In this document: positions 47,080 to 59,721 of the stretch, piece by piece
Layout: every line of letters begins with the position of its first letter
How positions within the stretch are numbered: the first letter of the stretch is position 1
DNA from: Bispira polyomma
Lineage: Eukaryota
Assembly: GCA_965649765.1 (NCBI GenBank)
Contig: OZ287750.1
Coordinates: 13,020,001 to 13,084,000, forward strand
DNA: 64,000 bases
Direction: 5' to 3'
Program-made: the position numbers and the translations under genes
Notes under the pieces: model-generated
The model's input: only the letters and a program-made list of their open reading frames with translations
The model's database searches: none
Told to the model about the DNA's origin: nothing

Positions 47080-48920
47080 TGCAACTAGAATGGAGTCTGG
47101 AAACAGCAAAGCACATTCTGGTCTGCCTAACTGACATCTGTTCCGGAGTGAGCAGCGGACCCCTTTGTTGAATAAACTGGGTCATTCAGAGAGCTATTCC
47201 TTCTCCTTAGAATTGGAGACTTCTATTGCGGAGGTAGCTGCTATGTCCACTAATCTTCTATCTTATCAGATAGTTCGCAATCCAGAATCACCTGAGGTAT
47301 ACGTAGCAGTCCGGAAGAGTCCTGTCCTCCGTATCTCTCCGGATGAATTACCACAAGGTCCATCAGCTGGTGTTGCTTCTCTTTAGAAACTATGGTTGTT
47401 GTCCAGGATAAAAGTTTTCTTCTCGTCAGACTGTTCCAGGTTGGTTAGGGTTTGTATCAGTCTTTATGCGGTATGCAAAATCTTGGACAGGGGGAACAGG
47501 TCTCACAGGTCTCCTCACTAACTACAGTGCCTACCAGCGTTGGGTTAAAACTACATATGCTTGCTCCCAATATGTCAGCATCGCATTTCAAATGGCAGTT
47601 GAGAAAGGATAGTGGCAGTACAAAACATCAAGATGATAGACAGGCAAAGAGATTGAGGAGTGAAGAATATGTAAAGAAGACACAGGAGGCCATATGTAAT
47701 TTTGTCAATCGGTTTGATGTTGAGGATAAAATCATCCTTGTTGTCTTGTAATCTTGTACTGTAGTACATCCCGAGATATGTGATGATGTTCTCCATGCAG
47801 AGAAAGCTGGTAAAGCAGTTTGAAAACATTTTTTGTCTAGTCGTTTGGAAACAGGGTGTGACTTCTTTAGACCCGTACAACGTCTAAAGTTGAAGTCATT
47901 TTAAGACCTCAATAACAAGAAGGTCACTGCGACCCATGGCAAAGCACTCCAGTATAGAGAGCAGTCCAACAGAGCTTTCAAGATTCTGGAAAGGCCTGCA
48001 GTTGGATCTAAGGGAATTAATGTCCTTTCCATTTACAAGTAAACCCTACAGTAAAGGCCTTCCTTTACACTTTATGGTGAAGACTTACAACTCCAAGATG
48101 TTCTGCAGGATCTGTGGTGGTATTGAGGATGAAACTGCACCATCATTCAATAAAACACTCAATATTATTGACAATAATGCCACTTTCCACTGCTTGAAGA
48201 ATATACCAAGCAACTTTGGGCAGATATGCAGAAAGTTATAAAACAAAATACCAAAAGACAATACTGTCTTTAGTACAGATTCCTTCATGAAGAACTCTTT
48301 CAATGGAAAGAAAGAGGAGAGGTATATCTGATAAGCTAATACTTAGAGGAGGAGCCACAAAAGAACCATCAGACTGGAAACCGTTCCTGACCAACAATAA
48401 CAAGAAACAGCTCATTGATCTCTTGCTTGTTGAATGGGAGAAGAATACATATGCACCAGATCTCTAAAGGAAATACTTGGTTGGTACCTAAGTATAGTTT
48501 GGTGAAGCTTGAGGAATTTATGTGTGCTGTCTATGGAATGGCAAGAGTAAAAGATGTTGATGTGCGTTTTATGAAGATTGAAGAGATCTGCACAGACAAG
48601 GGACAGACAGCGTTCTGAAGAACATTGACATAGCATTACACCCCCCTTGCGAAAAAACTTTGGAGCAGCATGTGATCAGGGTCAACTATCAGTTTGCAAT
48701 ATGGAAACAGTTACACATCTCAAATCCTGTGATCCCAAGCCCTGAAGGGCATGGTTGAATATTAACTGATGGATTACTTCAGCCAAAGTGGCTTAATGGA
48801 CATGAAATGCCAGATCAGTTGGCACACATAGAAGCCAGAGATGAAGGAGGGGACAGTGACAAGTATAATAGTGATGCCAGATCAGATGTTGAATTCTTTA
48901 TTGATAGTGACAATCACTAA
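47080..48920 (+). pseudogene. Academ-type transposase remnant (internally deleted, frameshifted)
   Basis: LNKLGHSESYSFSLELETS, PSDWKPFLTNN, and LPP...LEQHVIRVNYQFAIWKQLHISNPVIPSPEGHG*...LQPKW. I recall these motifs from Academ transposases. Confidence 0.7.
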
Positions 48921-49932
48921 ATATTAGTAATGATAAATATTAGTAATAATATACAACATCATGGAACTGAACTGTCTTTATATCGATCTTTCGTCCTTAA
49001 ATGACTTGTATGATTGTTAATGTGGTCCTAATGTACAATAGTATAGTGGAAAACAAATATTTGGCTTTAGAATTCTATTGGTCTACTTACCTGTTTTGTT
49101 ACAATGTACGATGTGGAGTAAATATGCTGATATGATAATAAGTAAGCTAGATATTCCAGAACATAAAGTGTATCTAACAACTTGATCCTGTTATTAATAT
49201 TTTGACTCATGGAAAAGATATCCCAGCATGAGACAGGTAAAATGTTCTATATTATCAATACACAACATTCAAATAATAAGCGCACAGTAATGCATACAGT
49301 GCAGATGTGCAGGGGAGTCAGAATTTAGACGGTGCTATGCTATTTACAAAATTGGGACTATTAGTGTGTATACCCTATGTAACAAATATTTAATATTTTG
49401 ACTCTTAGAAAAGATATCCCAGCAACTGTGGTGTCAATCAAATCACCATAGTTGTGGTAAGCCACTAAAAGCAGTAACAAATATATCCCTTCGCTGGTGA
49501 CAAAAACAAACAAAAATTGAACTTTTACCATTTGTTTTAGCAAGATACATTTACAAGAGCGGTATAGTCACATGACATAATGTAGCCATTAAATATAAAC
49601 AGTGACATCTTCTATTTATTTATTTTTTAGAATTGCACTACAAACAAGCTTTCAGGTGATATCTTACTTGCTGGAATTGGACATAGATAACTTATGGAAA
49701 AGAATTACTGAAATACCCTAAGATATATGGCCAATATTAGTTGATGTCTGGCCTCAACTTGGGTACCCCCCCCCCCCCCCCCCCCCCCCAATTGCAGTCA
49801 GAAAACCCATGTGACCCAGTTTGTTACCTATCTATTTCATTTTCATGTTCCAGACATTATATGGGTCTAGAAAAATATAGTGAAGTCAAGTCGTGGAGGG
49901 GTGCATGAGGACCATATCTAGCCTGCAGACTA

Positions 49933-50240
49933 TTGATAAGAAACAGTAATGTAAGTTTATCCCTGTCTTTTTTAATGCGGATTAGTAGAAATTCAGTTTT
50001 GTCAGGATTGAGTTTGACAAAATTCATCCAATCTTGGTTGGAGTCGAGACATCTGGCAAGGATGCTGAGCGTATTTTTAGTTGACTCATGTTTTCAGTAA
50101 GCAAGTGATGTAGGTTTATTGCTTGTTGTTTGTGAACATTTTCGTTAATCTAACAGCCTTTTTAATGATTTAGGAAATAAAACTAAGGTTAGAAACAGGC
50201 CTTGAATATTTTTTATCAAGGTTAGATTTTTTTTATAAAA
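49933..50240 (-). mobile_element. CR1/L2-group LINE, upstream part of the element split by the Academ
   Basis: DWMNFVKLNPDKTEFLL ... LFLI joins NLLGN at 31938 after removing the insertion. RPVSNLSFIS at ~50170-50200. Confidence 0.8.
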
Positions 50241-50699
50241 AACGGTTTTAAACCATCAGATATAGTTAAATTTACTTGTGTATTGTATAAACTGCAATAA
50301 AATAACGAATAACCTAGAAAGCACACTCCCAAACTTAATTATGTTAGATTAAGTCAATGATAACAAATTGTGTATAGTCTGGATTTAACTTGCAAAAGTA
50401 ATATGTTCTCATTTGTTTATCTTCACAATGATATTTGCCAATATTTTTCCGCATCAGTAATATTTATACAGGTTTTTGCTCCTAATTGTTTAATGAGAAC
50501 ATTAATATTTTAAATGGTCCCATTCTAAGGCCATTTCATCCGTCTCGTGTGGGGACTTTTTTTTCCAAAAAATTAGGGTAGTAAAGCTCCATATAATGTT
50601 GTTAATTGTTTAGAACTGTGATAGATAATCGTATAATTTGATTTCAATACCATATCCTAACACACCGTCAATGAGTTCGATGTTTTCTAAAACAAATCA

Positions 50700-51130
50700 A
50701 TATCTCGGCAAGTGCAAAGTGCAGACTATGTAATTTAGAAGAAGAATCAATTATTCATTTGTTTGTGAGATGTAATGTCTCAAATGGAATATGGAAAACA
50801 GATAACAAGCTGGATTTTCATTGTTTTGAATTTAAAAAATTACTTTTACTGACTACTTTATTGTAATGGGCTATCCTTATTTTGATCAAAACTTTACACC
50901 AGTTCACACAATAGTATAACTGACAAAATTATGCTCAATTGAATAAAAATATAAATTTTTAAGTTATACAAAGGGTAATTAAACAAATATACAAAGAGCG
51001 TGAAATGCTTGCAAACATACAATTTTGACAGTTTTCGTAAAATATGGAATAGATGGAAAATGTTCATAGAACAATAAAATTGTCAGTATAGAGGTATTTT
51101 TTGTGTTTTTTTTTGAGTATCAATAAATGT
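50700..51130 (+). mobile_element. L1/Tx1-type LINE ORF2 C-terminal fragment
   Basis: CRLCNLEEESIIHLFVRCNVSNGIWK (CCHC knuckle, from 50720) and FRKIWNRWK near 51040. Confidence 0.6.
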
Positions 51131-51784
51131 GTTTGTGATAGTAAACTACAAGTTATGTAAATTGTAACAGGTCAGTATAGCCTTTAATCCTTTTTCCTAC
51201 ACTGTGCCTGCAGTAATACAAACAAATAATTTAAATGCTCATTAGATTCTTGCATATTTCTATAGCTGTATTGGGATAGAAGTCAAGTCTATTTTGAAGT
51301 AAGTTAGATGAAGTGGCTGATGCACACACAGAGAATTCACTATTAAAATTTACTTTATACTTAAACTCAAGACACTTATCACACTAAATGTGGCCGCATT
51401 GGCCTAGTGGTTGGAAGCGCTGCTTTACAATCATTGCATGGCCTCTCACCAATGTGGGTTTGACACCCCTCAGTCCTTGATTTGAGAAAGATAATGCGTA
51501 ATGAGAAGTGCCACATGATCTTAAACTAGATAGACCAAAAGTTTGATCATGTACTTTAACTTAGAAGACATTTTTGTCCACAGGTTGCCCTTTGCACCAC
51601 ACAGTGAGCAAAAAGTTTTGGAAAGTGGGAATAGATGATCTGGGGGAAAAGAAATGTGAAGAATTGTGTAACAAATCAAGATTGTGAATAAGAAAATGTT
51701 ACTGTTATGCTACAATACTTGCTTTATCAATTAGAGGATATCGCCTTCAATATGCAAGCCTTACCTGGGGGCTCTCTGTATGGA

Positions 51785-52014
51785 ATTTTGTTTGAATTGG
51801 GATATTTAACGTCCACTCTAGTACCTGTTTAGGTTGTATTGGGACGAGTAGTTGGAAACGCTGGAGGAAACAAGGTATACAGTTAATCAAGATTCTGCAC
51901 TGAAACCACCTTTTCCACATAGGCATCAACGGGAGTCAAACTCACGCCACCCAGAGGTGAGAGATCAGTGATTGTGAAGCATAATGCTTGCTAACCACAG
52001 GCCACCGCGGCCCC
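51785..52014 (-). mobile_element. SINE family A with internal deletion
   Basis: Colinear with 1832-2087, lacking ~22 bp of the body. Confidence 0.88.
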
Positions 52015-52069
52015 TCTGTGTATTGAAAAAACACACAATGTCTCATTGGGCTAGACAGTGTCTCAACCA

Positions 52070-52230
52070 TGGACTCTCATGATGCTATTGTGATACACAT
52101 GGGGACATATGATCTCCACAACATTCTTTGACACCTAAACTTCTTCACCAGAGTAAAAACACCTATCACAACTCCCTCATCATTGTGTCCCTCGTCATCC
52201 TAAGGCCAAGGAAAAGGATACATTTACACT
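52070..52230 (+). mobile_element. Possible SGNH-esterase-type LINE ORF1 remnant
   Basis: HDAIVIHMGTYDL resembles the IHxGTND block. Very decayed. Confidence 0.3.
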
Positions 52231-53399
52231 GCGATTGTGGATTTTCTGATTTCTATGATAACATGATCTAATGTGAAAATAATAATTGTAATCTATGGTT
52301 TCATTATAAGTAAGTAGGCTATAACAATGATTCAGTTGCTTTTAAACAATGACACATGTCATCATCATTAAACTGTTACTCACATTTGATGCACTGCAAT
52401 TGTGGGGATTTAGATCTGTATAATATTTTTTTTATAGTTGATGGTAAATAAGTTTTATGTATTTGGGTAACTTGTATTATTGTATAATTGTAATGTTAAT
52501 TGTATAACTAAAACACATCCTGAAAGAAAAATAAATATAAGAATAAATTGGATAGTTCATTTAATGATGTCATCCAGAGCCTTGGACGATTTTACAACCA
52601 CCTTCCAGATCTATAGGCTTTTCTGCATACACGATGTTTACATCTACCTCACAAGTCCTAGATGATTTATCCCACAATATTTAGGTGATTTGTGCAAATT
52701 TAAGTGATTTTACCGGTACTGATTTTACCTCCCTCAAGAGTTGCTCCTTGTTTTAGCCGGTACCGAAATATGCTCTAGACTACTAAAAGTTGGAAGTGGA
52801 CTTAGAACTGGGATGGAACTGGAAATAACGCTCCTCCTTACCGCACTTCTCTCTTCTCTGATTAGCTGATTAATGTATGAATTAAGGTTTTGACCAATGG
52901 TGATTGGTCCATATAGAAAAAATTACTTTATTTAGTATATTTAATAGTAATTGTATAACTTTATATTTACCAGTGTGTCTTTAAGGATGACATTATCCAC
53001 ATATATATAGTATACACAGACTATTCATACATAATTTTCATTTAAAACATACACAAGCATTATACCTTTTAAAATACTAATTACCACATAATAGATGTAT
53101 ATTTTATAGATGCAAACCACACGTCCCAATTGTTAGAGATGAACTTGATTTCACTTGTCATTCACACAGACAATTACATCAGTTGTGAAGTTTATAATTA
53201 ACAGTTAGTTACCATCACGTTATAACTATCACAGACATATTAATTAAGTTTAGAGTTTTGTAATCAAGAATTAGTTAACAGGTAAGCTATTAATCAAATA
53301 AATAATTTGAAACCTTTATCCTTTTGATCTGAGGTGATAAGGCTTCCAGTCTTTGATGTTTAAACAAAATACCCAGTATTTCTGTGGTAAATATAAGGC

Positions 53400-56300
53400 T
53401 AAAGTAGGATATTTTACAAGTATTTCTGCATATTATAGCATCTAACTATATATACATTGATGAAAAAGCCCCAATAGAGCCCATTTTTGTCTCACTTTTT
53501 ATTTACAAGTATCGAGGTGTAGCAGTTGAAAATATCTTGGAAGTACCTCACCTCTACAGTTGCAATGTACTTTAGCATTTAAACTATATAGACCTTGACC
53601 AAAATACCTCAACAGAGCCCCTTCGTTGTCTCTTTCTATTTAGAAGGAAAGTATACAGAGGTGCAGCAGTTGGAAGAACTTGGAAGTAACGAGGTGTTGT
53701 GTTTCTGTGTTAAATATATCAGTAATTGAGGCCCAAATAGGGTATTTACAACTATACGTACGTATTTCAGCATTTAAACTATATATATCTTATTGAAAAT
53801 ACCCCAACAGAGCTTCTTTCTATTTAGAAATAAATGTAGTGGTGCAGTAGCTGGAAGGTCTATTTAAAGTATTGTATAGATACATATAATTTGATGGATA
53901 TATACACAAAACACAAACATTTCAATTTTAAATATAAACTTCAAACCGAAGAGGACCAGCCATTTCGAAATTAACTTGACCTTAACACTACTACAATAAT
54001 TGAGAGATAAAACAGAACTAATCACAACACTAAATTCAGAAAAAAGTTATATAAATGACTATCATTGTCCTCAAAAATCACATATCAGACACATTAATGT
54101 GAAACACTTTATGAATAATGACAAAGAGTTAGAAGTGGGATATTTATAATGAAAGAGTCCAGGCAAATTTTTAAAATATTTGTTACGTGCCATTTCGACA
54201 CCTGGCAAATGTTAGAATCGGCACCCCTTTGAAGGGGTGCCGTTTTGACACCCAGACCCAGTGTTAACTTTGCATGGCCGTTTCGAATCGGCACCCCCTA
54301 CAAGGAGTGCCGTTTCAACCATACGGAAAAAAGAACATATTCATAAAATAATAAGTCCTTTCTGTTGTAGCTGTAAGTACCACCAAGGAAAAAACAACCA
54401 TAATCATAAAACATATCTTTTAAATGTGGCACGTTTTTCCCATTTGCACAAATAATCTCGCAAAATATTTTGTAAAATGCCATTATATTTATAATTAATT
54501 TAATTTAGTGCTGTAATTTGCCATAAAATTTAATTTCAGCTAAAATATATCAATATTTATTTTATTAAAGGTACTCTTTTATGAAGAATCAGTTATTAGT
54601 TAGGCATCAAAGATTCGAATATTATTTAATTACCTTTGATTTGTACTCACTGCCCTACTGATCAAATGATTCTTTGAAGGGGGTATATGAATATATAGGG
54701 AGTAAGGGGGGGGGGGGGGGTTAATCTGGTTGCCCTTGATTTGTGCTCACTGCTCCACATCAAAAGATTGTTCAAAGCTAACAGCTGTCTTGATATCTAC
54801 TCAGGACCCCTCTTCCAGTGGTATAAATCGTGGGTGGGAAGGGCTATTCAAATCACTAACCTACTGTGTCATATAGAGATCACATTTCAGATTAGAGCTG
54901 TCACATTGTGGATTTATATCAGAAACTGTACAAATGGATAAGTTTTAAGCAAACTGTTCAGAGGAAATTAAAAAATATAAAGTATCTAAGACTTCTAAGG
55001 TGAGAAATATGAACGTTTGTTAAAAGTTATTCAGGGTGATATCGATGATAAAAAGTTAAAAAGACAAATTAAAATTAGGGGTTACAAACTTATTAGTTTA
55101 CCAGACTTAAGTTTGACAGATGTCCTGGCTGTCCCACAGAAAGATGGCAATCAGAAGGAGATGCTACTTTGAATGGTATCTACAGACACACTCTTTGATG
55201 TGGTTGAAGCTGTACATCAAATGAACAATTGCACTCTGGGGCCAAGAAAGTGATGTGTCATATTCAGAGGGACTACTATGGGATACCCAGAAGTTACATC
55301 CGTTTTCATATTAGGGAATGTCCTACCTGCCAGTTGTCCAGCCTCCAGACTACTAATCCTCCTCTGAAGCCTATCGTAGAGAAGGAATTTCTCAGCCACA
55401 TCTAGATTGACCTGATCGACCTGAGGCAAGCACCAGATGGAGAGTTCAAGTGCATCTGCCATGCATGTGATTAACCATTTCACCAAATTCCATGTGCTGT
55501 ATCCATTGAAGATAAAATCAGCACAAGAGGTTGCCTGCTCCCTGCAAGAAAGGGTTTTTGCCTATCTTGGCCTGCCCAAGATCTTCCACTCTGACAATGG
55601 CCGCGAGTTTGTCAACAAACTACTGAAATCATTGTTTGAGCAGTGGGGTGGAGAAACAATATTTGTGGGTGGCCGTCCTCGTCACTCCCAGAGCCAAGGA
55701 TGTGATAGGAAGAGGCAATCAGACTGTGCAAGATAAAATAGGGAAGCTGGCATAGTGACCTGATGCCATATAACATGGACGTGGAGGTCCTATTAGTAAC
55801 AGGGTTGTTCTTAAGAGAGGGTGTAAGGAAGCACTATCCGAACAACTTGTTTCTAAAAAAAACGGTGGTTGTACCGGGAAGTGCATGACAGAACGGTGTA
55901 GTTAGAAGAAGCAGGGTATTGCATGTACCAATCACTGTCACCCACAGCACACATACAGCAACACAGAAACAAGATCACAGGCAACAGTTCACAGTTTTCA
56001 AGCCTTAACTTACATAAGGCCTGAACATCTGGCAGCGACAGAAAGGGATGAGTGGCTAACGGACCTCCACATGAAGGCCATGATGGAATTGATCAGCATC
56101 AGAAACAGCCATATCAATGGTTTAATGGACCCTATTCTCCAGACAAACTGATCATGGGCTGTCCCCTCGGGTGAATTCATTTAAGTGATGAATATAAACA
56201 TATGCCACTGTGTCACCATAAGCAATATTGGAATACCAGAAAGGACAGTTGGATTATGGGACTCCCTGCACACTTCCCAATTGTCCAGCCAGATGCAGGG

Positions 56301-57745
56301 GGACATTGCCAGTTTGCTGTTTTGCACAGATGACATTGGATGACCTCTGAAAGTGGAGGTGATTAATGTCCAAAGACAGAGGGATGGGCATAATTGTGGC
56401 CCTTTTGTCGACGCCTTTACTGCTTCCTTAGCAGAAGAACATGATCTGAGCCAACTACGCTATAGCAACCTGAGACCTCATCTGAAAAGATGAATGGAGG
56501 AAAAGAAACTGATTCCATTCCCAACAGAAGTAGTGGAACCGAAAAGTGATCCACAGCCTTTCTTTTGAGATTTACTGCAGCTGCAGATTGCCTGATGATG
56601 GGTCCAAAATGGTCCAACGTGAAGAATGCCAAAAATGGTTTCACTGGAACTGTGTGCAGTACAATGTGGAAGAAGAATGGTCCTGTAAACAGTGTAAATC
56701 AAACTAACTGAAATGCTCAATGTAAATCTAAAATTGTAAATTGTTAAAATATCACAAATTTTTGTGTTTTGTGTTTTTTGTTTTTGTGTTTTATGTTTTA
56801 TATTAACCAATAATAGTTAGAAAAAAAACTAATTTGTATATCATATATCTTATCAGTACATTAAATAAAGTTTTTGTGTTATTACTGTCTTTATTACTGT
56901 TTGTATGTTTCATATATAAAAAAATTGTCCCCATCTTTTTATTGCTGGTGTAAAAACGGCCCCCTCTGGCCAAGACAATCTGTTTGTAATCAGATACTTA
57001 AGTATTGCTGGTGTCAAAACGGCCCCCCCCAGCAAAGTCAATCTTTTTGTTATCAGAAACTTAACCATCTGGTGTCAAATCGGCGAGGGTGTGAAAACGG
57101 CCCCCTGCATATTCACAAAAACCCTTTTCTGTTAATTTTTATTTTGCTGTCTCTTTCTATGTTGAAGGAAAGCATACAGGTGCTACAGTTGGAAAGAGTT
57201 AGACATAACTTGGAAATGACGAGGTGCGGTGTTTCTGTGTTAAATATGTCATACAATTTAATTTTTATACCATAAATTCCTTATGTAGGGTATTTACAGG
57301 TCTTTCAGCATATTTTAGCTTGAAACAATATATATATCGAGGAAAATACCCCAACAGAACCGCTTTTCTCTGTCTCTATTGGAAATGTTTTGGTTTCCAT
57401 ATTATAACTTTCTCATTTATGGATGGATTTTTTTATTCTTTCATCAGCAAATTCAATATTTCCAAGCGGATATTTTGATAGCAAAAAAAACCCTATATTG
57501 AAATACCGATTTTACTGGTGAAAGAATTTTTAAAATCCATCCATAAATAAGAAAGTTATGAAAAAAATTTACCAATTGTATGATATATTTAACACAGAAA
57601 CACTGCATCTTATGACTTTCAAGTCCTTTTAACGGCCACACCCCTAAACTTTTTTATGAAAAGAAATAGAAACTGGGCTTTATTGGGGTATTTTACTTGA
57701 TGTATATATAGATATAAATATGCACAAATACTTGTAAATACCTTA
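53400..57745. mobile_element. Old non-autonomous element built from diverged ~190-bp subrepeats, hosting the Ginger insertion
   Basis: AAATACCCCAACAGAGC...GAGGTGCAGCAGTTGGAAG units in + orientation at 53400-53880 and 57150-57385, and inverted at 57585-57745. True ends not resolved. Confidence 0.45.
54181..57109 (+). mobile_element. Ginger2/TDD-like DNA transposon (decayed): integrase core + Cys-rich + Ulp1-like protease + PHD finger
   Basis: TATT|TGTTACGTGCCATTTCGACACC ... GGTGTGAAAACGGCCCCCTGCA|TATT (4-bp TSD, imperfect TIR, subterminal GGTGTCAAAACGGC repeats). Coding motifs IDLID, PKIFHSDNGREF, GRPRHSQSQG, QRQRDGHNCG, YCSCR...WFHWNC...WSCKQC. Confidence 0.8.
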
Positions 57746-58151
57746 AAATTTAATCACTGATATTGCATTAGTGGATCATAATCAACATAAATCTAAAATA
57801 GTTACATGAGGGGGATTGTAATCCATAAAGCAAATAATCACAATTATAATTTGGAATTTGTAATCAACAATTAATTTAGTTTGCAACATTTTAGAATTAA
57901 TTTATTTAGAAATGAGGCAATTTTAAATCGCTTGGGACTGATGTGTTGTATCAAATACAGTATTTTAGTCATTGATATAATTCTCAGTTCCTTCTTACAA
58001 ATATTTTGATACCAAATAACACCATTTAAATTGAAAGTAAGCCTTATTTTATGTGATCCATAAGTACAGCACCCCTGCACCTCTACCGCACCCCCACACC
58101 CTTCTAACCGCACCCTTCCACTTCCAACTTTTAGTACGTATAACATACTAC

Positions 58152-58848
58152 ACCTCGGAATATCACTCGGAATCGGAATGGACTCGGGAAAAAAACGCCC
58201 GGGGGAAAAACGCCCTGGAAAATTAAATTGGTTATAGAGCTGTATCTATATAAATACATTCACCAAAAATTTTCGTTTAGGTATCACCAGAAACCTCTTC
58301 TTATATACCTTGTGGTAGATTTCACCAATTTTAAATCAAATGATTAAATAGGTATTAAATTTTAGACTTTCTTAAATGCATTTATTATGAATACCAATAA
58401 TTATACATTTGATTAATCTAATATATGAAACTAAAATTTGTTGTTTCATCAAATCAATATATTTATTGTATATTTATTTTGAAAAACACATCATTATTCA
58501 GAAAATTATCAGCATTTAAAGTTAGTTTAATGAAGTTGAAATGATCTGGAAAAAACGCCCTGGATAAAAATGCCCTGGAAAAATACGCCCCGGAAAAAAA
58601 TGCTCTAGGCAGGTTGGGGATATAAAGTCAAACTTGAACTAACAATATCTTCATAACTATTATATTTTGATTAAATTTGGAGAACCTATCATAAGATGCA
58701 TAAAAACCGCTTACTGTTGGTACCAAAACGAATATTTTAAGTGGAGTATTTATTTAGATAGGGCCATTTAATGATTTGAAATTTTTGGAAATTTTACGCC
58801 CTGCCACCCTGGTCCGACCACCCTGTACCAGGCCTTTATTCCGAGGTT
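58152..58848. mobile_element. MITE-like element with GGAAAAAACGCCC subrepeats
   Basis: Ends ACCTCGGAATA / TATTCCGAGGT; inner inverted similarity between ~58270-58290 and ~58713-58733. Confidence 0.5.
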
Positions 58849-59721
58849 TCCCTGAATATATATTTTAATTACAAGTTCCGCGTTCTTATTTTTTTACGGT
58901 TTCCCCGAAAATTTTAATTGATTAAATGGCTGTATCTGTCTTAATACTTGACCTAAAATGTTGGTTTTAGTATCATTATAAAGCTCTTATTATGTACTCT
59001 CTGATAGGCGTCTCTAATTTATATTCTAATAAATAATAATTAAAGCATTTATAGTTAAAGTTGGACTGTATACTTAAAATTGTTCAAAATACAAGTTTTT
59101 AGAATGAAAGTCATTGATTAAATGCTTATATCTCAGTTAATATAGGTGATACCGATTTTCATATTATATATTCATAAAGCCAGATAAATATGCTTTCTGG
59201 AACTTTTTACGAAATAAAAATATGCTATATATTAGCTGAGAAAATTAAAGTTGAAAGAAGTCCAGGAATTTTACAGCGAACCCACCAAAACGGCAGCGAA
59301 AACGTCGTACAGCGAAACCTCTGGTAATGTACCCCCTATAGACTGGTTGCCGTAAATGTTAAAGATCCCCAAAATGTATATATTAATGCGCATTGTATAA
59401 AATGTGAAAATTTAACATCATAAAATGGCAAAATATGTCATCATAAACTACTTAAATTATCATACATTTTGTATTGTAATATTTTTACAAAAAAATAATT
59501 AAATTGCCAAACAATATTACAATGGACCTATATTTTTTTAGAAGTGATTCGGTCAAATATTATTAATACTTCCTGTATTTTCTTTCTTAGAAAAGCGTTT
59601 TTGGGTATTTTACAACTTACCCTGTCAGTAAATGTACAAAATGGTTATGTGTGTCATTTATATGTTTATTGAAATTAATGTGCAATAAATATTCACACAT
59701 AGACACATCCATATTTCTGCG

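Larger units (their letters stand above)
31942..49932 (+). mobile_element. Academ-like DNA transposon (decayed) with ~730-bp TIRs, expanded to 18 kb by nested insertions
   Basis: Termini TAGTCCGCGGGCCAGATATGGTCCTC / GAGGACCATATCTAGCCTGCAGACTA. TSD TTA (31939-41) / TTG (49933-35). Left TIR = 31942-32412 + 46441-46700; right TIR = 49193-49932. Confidence 0.8.

Noticed and set aside
52740-52915. Candidate promoter/first exon of the kinase (CCAAT/ATTGG pair, higher complexity)
   Set aside because: No donor/TSS evidence I can defend; needs CAGE or RNA-seq.
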